DNA of 64,000 bases from Rhizophagus irregularis (Eukaryota): assembly GCF_026210795.1 (NCBI RefSeq), contig NC_089429.1:248001-312000 (forward strand). Reading direction: 5' to 3'. The stretch's first letter is position 1. The number at the start of each line of letters is the position of its first letter. The notes below the pieces were generated by a model. It was not told where the DNA came from, did not search any database, and saw only the letters and a program-made list of their open reading frames with translations. This document shows, piece after piece, positions 14,001 to 24,730 of the stretch. Made by a program: the position numbers and the translations under genes.

Positions 14001-15858
14001 ACTTGTTCTATTGTTCACTGGATTTCCCCTGATTGTGAATCTTCACCTGGTGATCTCATCAGACTTTTTCCTTGTCCTGGTTGCGCTGCTCACATTCCTC
14101 TGCCTCCTTCCAAAAAACAGAATGCTGATTTAACCCTTTGTACACCTAAGGTCTCTCTACAACGTTCGCTTATTCTGCCCACTACCAATGAGCGGATTAA
14201 ACGTACTACTTCTGAAGTGACTTCCCCTTTTACTTGGGCTGATATAGAAGATGGTGTCCGTCTTTATTATAGTAGATTGGATTTTGGTTCTGATTCTCCT
14301 TCTGCTGATACTGTTGTAGCTCCTGCTACTCCTGTCACTATTGAATCCTCAGCTGCTGCTGTTTTTGCAAATTCCCCGTTGGTCGTGTCTTCAGACTCGC
14401 GTTACATCTTTTTCACTGATGGGTCTCTTATTAATTTAAAGACTCCCAATGTTTCTACGGGCTGGTCTTGATGCAAATAGCCCTCCCCGATGCAGGATTT
14501 CCCAACTCCATCGCTACTTACGCTCACGGTCTTATTCGTGATAATCCTTCTTCTTCTCGAGCTGAAGCTGCTGCTATTTACGCTGTTTTAACTATTTCTC
14601 CTCGCGACTCTGAAGTTACTATTTATACTGACTCGCAAACTGCCATTGATGGTCTTCGAAGTTGTTTTTCCTCTATCTACTCAAATAGTCGTTTGTACTA
14701 TAAAACTACAAATTTTGAACTTTGGGCTATTATCGAGCGAACCATCCTCTCTAAAAATTTGACTGTCCTTCCCGTCAAAGTTAAAGCTCATTCTGGCAAT
14801 TATTTAAATGATTTTGCTGACTCCTTGGCCAATACTGCTCATATCGCGTCATCCAGTATTTTGATCTCTGGAATGGACCTGGCCTCTGCCCATGATTTTG
14901 TCTTAATTTATGACAATGACGTTGTCTGTGAATCTAATCCGCGACACCTTCTAAAACAATATTATCAAACGCAGTTAATGCGCGATCTGTTAAACTTAAC
15001 GCGATTTCACTTTATTTCTTTATTATCAACTAATACAGATTATATTGTTGACTGGGAACTTACTTGGTTCACTCTAAATTTCAAGCCCTCCCATGATGCA
15101 TCCTTTACTCCTAAACACGCTTCAAGACACCTAACCTTTAAATTCAAACTTTTCTTAGATGATTTGCCTACATTGGAAAAGCTTAAACGGACCCGACCAG
15201 ACTTATACATGGACGAATTAACTTGCCGTTCTTGTATCGACCGCATGGAAGACCTGATGCACCTTTTTATGTGCAAAAGACGACGTCTGCCTATGCAACA
15301 AATTCTTCAATCTTATCAAAATCATTTAATTTCCAAACTTCTGGAAGCAAGCAATTTGGCTGACACTGATCCTACTCCATTTATAGCTAAACTTACTTCT
15401 CTTTCATGCTGGTCCTTTTCTTCTACAAATTGGTCCTCCTTCGCCCTTATCCGTGGTTGTTTACCCAAACTCTTCATCGACTCATTTGTTGATTTATCCA
15501 TTCCAAGAACTTCTGCGATAAAGTTATCGCTGCTATTCATAACAATTTTATCCAGAAATTCAGAAGACGAATCTGGAATCCGCGTTCTTATGAGAAAAGT
15601 AGATGGGAAAACGCGATGAACATTACCTATAAGTTGAAAACTACTCCGAAGCCATCTAATCTGCCATTGTTGATGTACATACCTTACTCATCTTTACCAC
15701 CTCCGACCCTACACGATTCACGTGACTCCGGAACCGATTGGTTGAAGAACTCGATGAAATATGGTTTGCCTTGGTTTAATCATTTTTCGGGTTTTATGGG
15801 TCGTCTAATGGTGCTACTTAATAACAGCTTTTGCAGGATGGAGTGTCGATTTTTATAG
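11010..15858 (+). pseudogene. LINE ORF2 (partial APE, RT, RNase H, Zn finger) with in-frame stops
   Basis: Track ORFs 11104-12060, 12057-13016, 13137-13571, 13752-14471, 14468-15619 and 15616-15858. Premature stops near 13014, 13569, 13710 and 14469. Confidence 0.9.
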
Positions 15859-16115
15859 TGGGCGCGCTATTCGTTATTTTGTTAGCATAGTTGCTTCTAC
15901 TTTGGTTGGAATATATCAAGGGGGAAGATCTGGGGAATTTTAGTGTAATGCGATTTTTCTTTTTTAGATTAATTCTTTTTACTTTATTTTTCCTTAGGAG
16001 ACTATATAGCTTTGTTTTTAGTTAGTTTTATTTTTATATCTTTCTTTTTATTTTTGTAAATTGTATAAGTTCGAATAAATTTAATAAAGATAAAGGCTAC
16101 TATGCCACGTTTGCC
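11010..16115 (+). mobile_element. 5'-truncated non-LTR retrotransposon copy C (diverged subfamily)
   Basis: Starts inside the APE domain immediately after the MITE end and finishes ...CCACGTTTGCC. Flanked by TGGTTTTTGACCAGT at 10995-11009 and 16116-16130. Visibly more substitutions versus B and D. Confidence 0.93.
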
Positions 16116-16130
16116 TGGTTTTTGACCAGT

Positions 16131-17388
16131 AGTGATGATGATCGTACTTTCTCCCCCGTTGGGCTCTGCCCATTTTTTCCCATGAAGTTATGGATGAAAA
16201 ATATGAGGATTTTTTGCCTTGAGTGATAGTAAAAGGACTTTTCGACGTTATATGAAGTTATTACCGAGGTCTTTAGTTTCGCCCGAACTCCTTACGGCTT
16301 ATATTGAGTTAGGACCGTTATCATGAGTCTTGGAGTTACCAATAATACTGTAAGATGGCAGTTCCATACGAACGTTCCCCTGGGCTTTTTGAAAGGTTGA
16401 AAAGTAGTGCGTCTTGGTTCCTACGCCTTTAAAGTCTAACTGGCCAAGTGGTTCGCAGGCCGGACCGGTATTTCTTGGAAGGAGCTTCTGACCAACGTAT
16501 TTCTTGCTAGTTGATGTTGTTAACTGGGGAGTTAGTTTTCTAAAATAAGGAGACGGAGTTGAGGTGTATGTTTGGTGAATTTTACTCAGGTTTTTCTCAT
16601 TGCACTTCGAGTTTTCCTGGGGTTTATGTCTTTATTTTTTGCTTTTTGTTTTTCTTGGTCACTTTTTTCGGTGTAACCTTATTTTCTTTGGGGGGTGGGG
16701 GGATACTGGAAAATTTGATCGTCATGGTGGCTTAGTGTTACAATTTTAAAATCGATCATCATTGGGGTGATAAGGGGGGTGACAGGTTGGGTACTGCAGT
16801 TTTTGTAGTATGCCGATCAAGGTGGTCACATGATGGACTATCATTGGATTGACTTATCTAGGTAGATCTTAGGTCGATGGATTGTTCGCAATGAGGTGGG
16901 TGTCTTCTGTTTGGGATCGTTTGAAATGAGGTGGGTGTCCCTTCGGGGATTGCACGACACTAAAAAGTTCCCCATCGGCTGGACTGCATGCAATAATAAA
17001 AGTTCCGATGTGCGTGAAATAGGTTTGTTATCATAGTATGTAGTCAAATAGGGGAAATTGAATTTTAGGCATTTTTGATAGTGCTAATGGTAGCTCGGTT
17101 CTTTACCGATTCTAGGAGTGGGTACGGCCTGGATGGGTTACGTATAGCATAGTCGACTTTACTCATTTTGGAGATATATTTGTTTGGGGGGAGTAGCCGT
17201 AGTTATTTATATAGAGAGGGTGGGGTTTTTAATCTTAGCTTTTCTTATTTGTAATTTCGGAAGATTATTTGTTCTTTGTTTTTCTATTAGTTCTGCACTT
17301 GTTGCGGTACTTTTTAGATCACTCTGTGTTTCTTTAAAGTTACTTCGGCATTAATTAATAAAATTCAAGTTTCACTTTATGTTTACCT
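16131..17388 (+). mobile_element. Non-coding ~1.26-kb retro-insertion using the same 15-bp target (non-autonomous partner or 3' part of a related LINE)
   Basis: Bounded by TGGTTTTTGACCAGT at 16116-16130 and 17389-17403. Its 3' region resembles the LINE 3' UTR (TAGCATAGT, ATATAT...GGGGGA, AATAAA, GTTTACCT vs GTTTGCC). No long ORF. Confidence 0.65.
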
Positions 17389-17789
17389 TGGTTTTTGACC
17401 AGTGTTATAGTGGTGCAGTAGCGTTAATAAGATTTCTCTACAAGTATTAGTTTTATTTCAGTTGACAAAAACCTATTTGGCACACATTATTTGTCACATA
17501 GTTAATTTCTTAATTTCTTAATGCTGGCCGTTTCGTGATATTTTGGGGTAGTCCGTTAATAAGAAATTAGGTCGTTGTCACGTGACATTAACAAAATTCC
17601 AAAAAAGGAAATTTTGTTGTCCAATGAAATTCAAGTTATATTGTACAAAATTCCCAAAAAGGAAATTTTTATGTCGATCTTAATAAAATTTTAATAGTCA
17701 CGTGACCGGAAGTAGTATAATTTCGATTAACGATTAATCGATGATTAATCGATTCTAAAATCGATTCTAATAATTATAATCGATTCCAA

Positions 17790-18850
17790 TCCTTAGTCCA
17801 AAGAGGTTGGCAACTACGAAAATAATAATAAATAATTAGTTTCTTTAATAAAAACTTTAAAAAAGTTAAAACAAAGTTTCAAAGCTTCGCTTTAGAACAT
17901 ACCCAATAATTAAAGAAGTCCAACCAAATTGAAGCTGATACTTGCGAAAAAAAGAAGAAATGGTTTAGTAAACCGTTTTTTAATAAAAAAAATGAAAGTT
18001 TCTTCTAAACTTACCCAAAGATTCAGCTTAAAGAATACCTGATACATAAAATAAAAAAAGAAATATAAGTTTCTTTCAAAAAAAAATTTAAAAGAAAAAT
18101 TTTAGAAAAAAAATTTTGAAGCTTTTACTTTAAATTTACCCAAAGATCCAACTAGAGTTCCGAACAGGTTGACCAAATTCAGGTAACCTGACAGGTTGAT
18201 CTGATTTTTTCAGGTCAGGTTTAGCAATTGCAATTCAGAATCAGTTCAGATTGTAACATCAATATAACCTGAATGCCCTGTTGACCAGAAACTATGATTT
18301 TATATAATAAGTGAGTTATGGTATTATAATTCACTTTTTATATTGATTTTATATAATAAAAGTGAATTGCGATATTGGGATTCACTTTTTTATATTGATT
18401 TTATATAATAAAAGTGAATTACGATATCAGAATTCACTTTTTTATATAATAAAAGTGAATTGCGATATCGGAATTCACTTTTTTATATCGATTTTATATA
18501 ATAAAAGTGAATTGCGGTATCGGAATTCATTTTTTTATATTGATTTTATATTTAAAAAGTTAGTTGTGGCATTGCGATTCACTTTTTTATACAATTTTAA
18601 TATAAAAAACTGAATCGCAATATTTCAAAAAAAATGTTTTGCATCATTTTTTTGATATTTTTAATATAAATCCCAGTTCAGGTCAGGTCAAATAGATAAC
18701 CTGATATGACCTGATCTGACCTGACCTGAAAAAAAATTAAGTTTATCAATTTACCTGACCTGACCTGACTTATTCGGAACTTTAGATCCAACCCAAAATG
18801 GAAGTTGGTCTTAGAATAAAAAGAAGAAATGTTAAGTTTCTTCAAAAAAA
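17790..18850 (-). other. Array of microexon-like segments with canonical splice signals, interrupted by a hAT MITE
   Basis: On the minus strand: polyT-AG | about 24-38 nt | GTAAAT, GTAAGT or GTATGT, repeated, with CTAA/TTAAC branch-like motifs. Confidence 0.45.
18153..18784. mobile_element. hAT-type MITE
   Basis: TIRs TAGAGTTCCGAA / TTCGGAACTTTA. Perfect 8-bp TSD GATCCAAC. CCTGA/TCAGG subterminal repeats. Relatives at 33380 and 36524. Confidence 0.88.
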
Positions 18851-18970
18851 AATCTTTTTAAAGTTTGAAGTTTTAATTAACTTCAAAACTTTTGAATCAC
18901 AAACAAAGCATCTGAAGTATTTTTTTAAACTTAAATTTAGACTTTTGTATCAAAAGTTTATTTTTAAATA

Positions 18971-20043
18971 CAGTCAACTCTCTTTATAGTCACACATTTG
19001 GGACAGTCCATATTTGGTGATTATAAAGAGATGTGACTATATAAAAAATTTATTATATTAGTATATCATAATTCCGGCCAAAAATTAACATAATTTTAGC
19101 CAAAATTATACTCAAAACTTTATTGTATCATAACTCCGCCAATATTAATTGTAGAGAGATGATCTTACCGTCATTCGATTTGTCTTGATGAGATGGTTCT
19201 AATGGTATAAAATACATCGAAATCCAATCACTAAATTAATTTCCAAAATTAAAAAAATATTAATGGTTTTTGTGTAATAACTCTGCCAATATTGATCCTA
19301 AAGAGACGATCTTACCGCCATTCGATTTGTCTTAATGAGATGGTTCTAATGGTATAAAATACATCGAAATCCAATCACTAGATTAATTTCCAAAATTAAA
19401 AAAATATTAATGGTTTTTGTGTAATAACTCTGCCAATATTGATCCTAGAGAGACAATCTTACTACCATTCGATTCGTCTTAATGCGGCGAATCTAATGGT
19501 ATAAAATACATTGAAATCCAATAATTAGATCAATTTTTGAAATTAAAAAATATTAAATGGTTTTTAAGTAGTAACTCTGTTAATATTGATCACAAAGAGA
19601 TGAGCTTACCACCATTCGATTCGTCTTGATGAGGTGATTCCAATGAGCTATTAATCGTCTTTTTACAATACTAGGTACTGCGTAAATCAAGAAATATAAT
19701 AATACCGATGCTTAACATTTTGTTGAATAACTCATCAGCCAGTGATCGCAAAAGGATAAAACTACCACCATTCGATTCATCTCAGTGAAACGATTCTAAC
19801 AAGCTATGATACATCTTTGTACGATTATTAGATGCCAAGTTATTTAATATATTCTTTATATAACTGTGATTATAAACGGTTCTTTTTAATATAAGATTTT
19901 TGAGGATAGGTGTGATAGTAACTATAGATAGATTGTGACTATATAGGATAGTTTTTAATAATAAAGTATTTTAAACATTCAACTGGTGTGACTATATAGT
20001 AGAATGTGACTATAATGGGAGTGACTATAGAGGGAGTTGACTG
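18971..20043. mobile_element. Tc1/mariner-type MITE with internal ~120-bp tandem modules
   Basis: TIR CAGTCAACTCYCTYTATAGTCAC flanked by TA on both sides. Internal repeats at about 19125-19860. Confidence 0.85.
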
Positions 20044-20625
20044 TAATGATTCTAAATGTAGATTATTACTGTTTATGTAAATCCTTTTGGAAATAAATTT
20101 TAATTTTTCTTCTGCTCATAATAATTATTTTAAATGTATAGAGATGTAGAGAATTACTTATATTATATATTGATAGTTAATCAGTTATAAATTAAATATA
20201 TCTTTGGCAAATTATATCAAAAGTACTATAAGAATGTAAAAACTAAAAAGTTTTTAATAATAAATATTATGGATGTTGATGTATTTTTTTTTACATGTTA
20301 ATTGAAAAAAAAATCCACTTCATAATAATGTAATATGTCAATCAAAATTAAAAAAATAAATAAATCCCAATGAAAAAAAAAAAGATTTTTTTTTATACAT
20401 TAATTTTATTTTAAATTTTCAAGGCTGCAGTTAAATCGCAGCCAACTTGCAACAATAACATGACTTTTAGAAGATTAAAATAATTATCAATTCTAAAAAA
20501 AATTTGCTATTTGATAATCTTAATTAAGCTGCAGTCTAAACATGACTTATAAGTATTGTGATCTAATAAATTAAAAAAATAAGGTAAAGTAGTTGCGTAA
20601 CTGATGTCTATTGGTTACCGATAGG

Positions 20626-20952
20626 TAAAGCTCTACATGAGCCAGCTTGAGCTGAGCCAAGGGCTAGTTCAGCTTGGCTCAGCTTGGCTTGTTCCAAAAG
20701 CTCACAAGCTGGCTCATTTTCAAAATCATATAAAATTTATTATAACTAAAATTTCAAAACGTGATAACTTCGCCAATATTGCTCTAAATTTAATGATTTT
20801 ACTACCATTAGATTCATCTCATTAAGAGGAATCGAATGGTAGTAAATTCATTAAATTTGGAGCAATATTGGCAAAGTTATCATGTTTTGAAACTTTAGTT
20901 TTAATTTTTAATAAAAAAGCTCACGAGTTGGCTTGGCTCATGTAAAGTACTA
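20626..20952. mobile_element. hAT-type MITE, largely palindromic
   Basis: Ends TAAAGCTCTACATGAGCC / GGCTCATGTAAAGTACTA. 8-bp TSD CCGATAGG/CCGATAGA. Confidence 0.75.
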
Positions 20953-21019
20953 CCGATAGATGTCTACTATGCAACTATTCTGTTTCAAATATATGAGTTT
21001 CAGTAAAGTATGTTAATAT

Positions 21020-21540
21020 TAGAATTTTCAAGATCCTTATATACTTTTAGCTACTTTGTTAGATCTATATACAAAAAGTCTTAAAGGTATATCTGTTTAA
21101 ATCCAATTACAAACAGAAGAATTATTATTATATGATAAAGCTGAAAAATTGAAACTAAACAAGATACTTCATGATTAATCATCATTTACTTCATTTTCTG
21201 TTTATACTTAATTTAACATTAAAAGCAAGAATAAATATTCAGTTTTTACTAAATTTTATAAATCTCAACTTAAAGTTATAGATGATAAAATAGTAAAATA
21301 TTTAAAATTAAAAGAAATTGATTAGGAGGAAAATCCTTTTACTTGATAAGCATATAATAAAAAACATTTTCATTATTTAAATATATTAGCATGTAGATAT
21401 CTACCTATTTCTGCAACTTTAATATCTTTAGAAAGATTATTTTCTAATGCAGAAATATTATGGGACTAAAAAGAATAAAAATAAACCCAAAATTATTTAA
21501 AAGAAATCATGTTTTTGAAACGTAATATTCAAGTATTACT
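21020..21540 (+). pseudogene. Decayed hAT transposase C-terminal (dimerisation domain) relic
   Basis: Translates around 21385-21455 to LACRYLPISATLISLERLFSNA, matching the hAT motif LAxxYLxIPATSxxSERxFSxA. Many stop codons. Confidence 0.65.
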
Positions 21541-21978
21541 TTTAATTTATCTGCCTACTTCTGAATAATAGTATTATTTTTGTTTTTACTTTTTCTTTCT
21601 TTCAAATCTATTTCTTTTGTTTCTTCTATTTCTCCATTAGCATTTCCAAATATTTAATAAGTATACTAAATGTTTTATTATCGATATTAGTTTTCACTTT
21701 TACAAGCTAATTGTTTTAATAATTCAATAATAGTACTATAAATCATAGCATTAATAATCACTATATTAACTGAAATGGTTACACCTTATTTAATAATACT
21801 ATCAATTACTAAATAAAATTAGTTTATGTTAGCTAGTATTTAGTGAGCATGTATAAATATTTTTTATTCTTTTATAATATCAAATGTTAAATTAAATGTC
21901 CATAATATATTACTTAAAAGTTTCCATAAAAAAAAGACATCAATAATTTTCATTTTTTTATTAGTAATAATTCAAATA

Positions 21979-22149
21979 CAGTTAACCTTTGTTATAACCA
22001 ACCCTAAAGTCCAGACCTCAACTTCACTATAAGATTATAGTGAAGATTTTAAGAGATTTGATTGGTTAATTTGTTATAGCGAGGGAAATTTATTATAATT
22101 GTCTGAAAAATTCACTATATCAAAGGTTTGCTATATCAAGGTTTGACTG
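21979..22149. mobile_element. Small Tc1/mariner-type MITE
   Basis: Imperfect TIRs CAGTTAACCTTTGTTATA / TATATCAAGGTTTGACTG with TA flanks. Confidence 0.6.
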
Positions 22150-22390
22150 TATACATATAGGTTTCATATTTATTTATCTAATCTACATCAGGAAATTTTA
22201 TAGTGCGAAAAATTGCGTAAGTTTACGATTTTGTAAGTTTACGAAAGTTTATGGCATAATATTTCGAAAAATTTCAAAATATTACGTAAGTTTACAATTT
22301 CGTAAGATTTATGTGATATTACGGTTAAAATATTACGTAAGTTTTCAATATCGTAAGATTTACGCAATATTACGGTCAAAATATTCTGCA

Positions 22391-22860
22391 AATTTACGAA
22401 ACTGTAAACCTGCGTAATATTACGGTTGAAATATTTCGAAAATTTACGAAACTGTAAACCTGCGTAATATTACGGTTGAAATATTTCGAAAATTTATGAA
22501 ACTGTAAACCTGCGTAATATTACGGTTGAAATATTTCGAAAATTTACGAAACTGTAAACCTGCGTAATATTACGGTTAAAATATTTCGAAAATTTACGAA
22601 ACTGTAAACCTGCGTAATATTACGGTTGAAATATTTCGAAAATTTACGAAACTGTAAACCTGCGTAATATTACGGTTAAAATATTTCGAAAATTTACGAA
22701 ACTGTAAACCTGCGTAATATTACGGTCAAAATATTCTGCAAATTTACGAAACTGTAAACCTGCGTAATATTACGGTTGAAATATTTCGAAAATTTACGAA
22801 ACTGTAAACCTGCGTAATATTACGGTTGAAATATTTCGAAAATTTACGAGATTGTAAACT
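22391..22860. repeat. 50-bp tandem repeat, about 9.4 copies (left subterminal array of the Plavaka element)
   Basis: Unit AATTTACGAAACTGTAAACCTGCGTAATATTACGGTTGAAATATTTCGAA, with no unique spacers. Confidence 0.95.
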
Positions 22861-23233
22861 GCATATGCAGTAGAACGTATACAAGGGGCATGTGATACTA
22901 TTGAATAATCAAAAATAATATAAACACCTTTTCTTTTATATAAACACCTTTTTTTTTAAGTTTGGGAAAGCAAATTTATTTTTATTTACGAATTTTTTAT
23001 TATTTACAATTTTTATGTTAAAAATTAAAGTAAATTCTAATTTTTATTATAACTTAATAAAAAAAATACACATTTGATACTTGTTCGCTACTATTTTATA
23101 AAATAGTACCCAGGCTGTACGGCGTGGACGTCAGTATCAGTCACAGCCCAAAAAAAACGTGAGTCTCCAGCCGATATTTGGTACGGACTGGGCCTAGCTA
23201 CTCACTTAATAAATAATAAAAAAATAAAAATAA

Positions 23234-23855
23234 TTATCTTCTTCTACGATACGTAGGTAAGTTTCTTCTTGCTCTACGATCGTCACGCGCGACTAAAATT
23301 GATCAAATTTATCAAATTTAAAACATGAACGTAAATATTAATTATAAATTTTATTATAGTATAATTACCCGGCCTCTCCCAAAATCTCATTCTAAATTCG
23401 CGATAATATCTTGCGCCGGTACGCGTCCACAGCCGCCGCCCAGGGTTACCATTACGATAAAGGACATAGTTCTAAATATCAAAATCAGTTTGAATATTCG
23501 GTAAATACATTTAATTTATATGAATGTAATGTTATTTATTTACTTACATGGTAATCCCTGACGAGGTTCCTCCACTTTTGGCTGCACTGTTGCCTGGAAA
23601 CCCTCGTTCGAAATATTCTATTTATTCTGATTCAATTAAATGGATTGGTTAATTTGAATTTAAATTCTTTCTTAAAGAAATTATAGATATTAGTCATATG
23701 AACCTATTGGCAACAGAGTCCCAAAAATCTTGGCAGCTTCTACCATTAATATTATGGTAGGCACGGTTTCTGTCGCGGCGTATGTCAACAAGTTCGTCCA
23801 TCATAGCCCAGTTCCAATGGACGTTATAGGAACGACGACGTGTTTGGCGAGGCAT
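23234..23855 (-). CDS. Myb/SANT-like (trihelix) DNA-binding protein, 4 exons
   Basis: Splicing at canonical GT-AG sites gives MPRQTRRRSYNVHWNWAMMDELVDIRR...QDFWDSVANRINRIFRTRVSRQQCSQKWRNLVRDYHNYVLY...RFWERP...RRRR*. The W...W...QCxxKWxNL pattern is typical of trihelix domains. Confidence 0.8.
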
Positions 23856-24423
23856 TATTAGATTTGATTTGATTTTTATAATTTGATTTTGGGATGAGTA
23901 AAAATTTGAAAGAAAGTCGTAAAATGTCACTTTAAATAAAATTTGAACAATACCTCTTTGGTTTGATTTTATTTCTCGTTTCAATTAAAATTTAATTTAT
24001 TAGACTTTTCATCATTAAACATATTAATTAAATCTCATGCGGATATGGATTATCTAAATATAAATATCATGATTCTAAATATAAATATAAATCACTTAAT
24101 TTATTTTAATTTTTTTTTAAAAAAAAAATCTTAGTTTGATTTCAATTAAAAATAATTAAAAATCATGTACATGATTTCAATTAAAAATAATTAAAAATCA
24201 TGTACATGTTTTGGTTATTTAAATATAAATATCAATATATTATATTTAAAAATAAACCAATTTATTATTAGCACATTCTATTGAATTTTAAAAAAATCAA
24301 TTTTTTTTTTAAAAAAAATCATCAATATATCATATTTAAAAATAAAACAATTATATTCTGATTAAATATTTTGCGTACATTTCTTAAAAAAATCATAAAA
24401 AAAAATCTTGTACGTCGTACATG

Positions 24424-24629
24424 CAATTACTAAATATCATCCCCTTGTGATAAATAAAAAATTACGCAACACAAATTCAACACAAACTCAACACAAATTT
24501 AACAAATTTAACGAAATTTGGCCAAAATTAATAATTTTTTACCAGAATTATCAACACAAATTGAACACAAATTGAACACAAATTTCAGTCACGATTTATT
24601 TATGTCACACCTGTGTTGTTAATAATTAA
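24424..24629. repeat. Internal inverted repeat of the Plavaka element, left arm
   Basis: Reverse complement of 30332-30525. Contains AACACAAATT submotifs. Confidence 0.9.
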
Positions 24630-24730
24630 ATAAATAAATCTGCATTTTATTTATGATATGGGAAACGTGACCATAAATTCTTTAAGGATATAATTTTATT
24701 AAAATAAATCAAAACTCCTATATCAAGTGA

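Noticed and set aside
22391..22860. Regular repeat array resembling CRISPR
   Set aside because: Contiguous 50-bp units with no unique spacers, in a eukaryotic context and at a transposon subterminal position.
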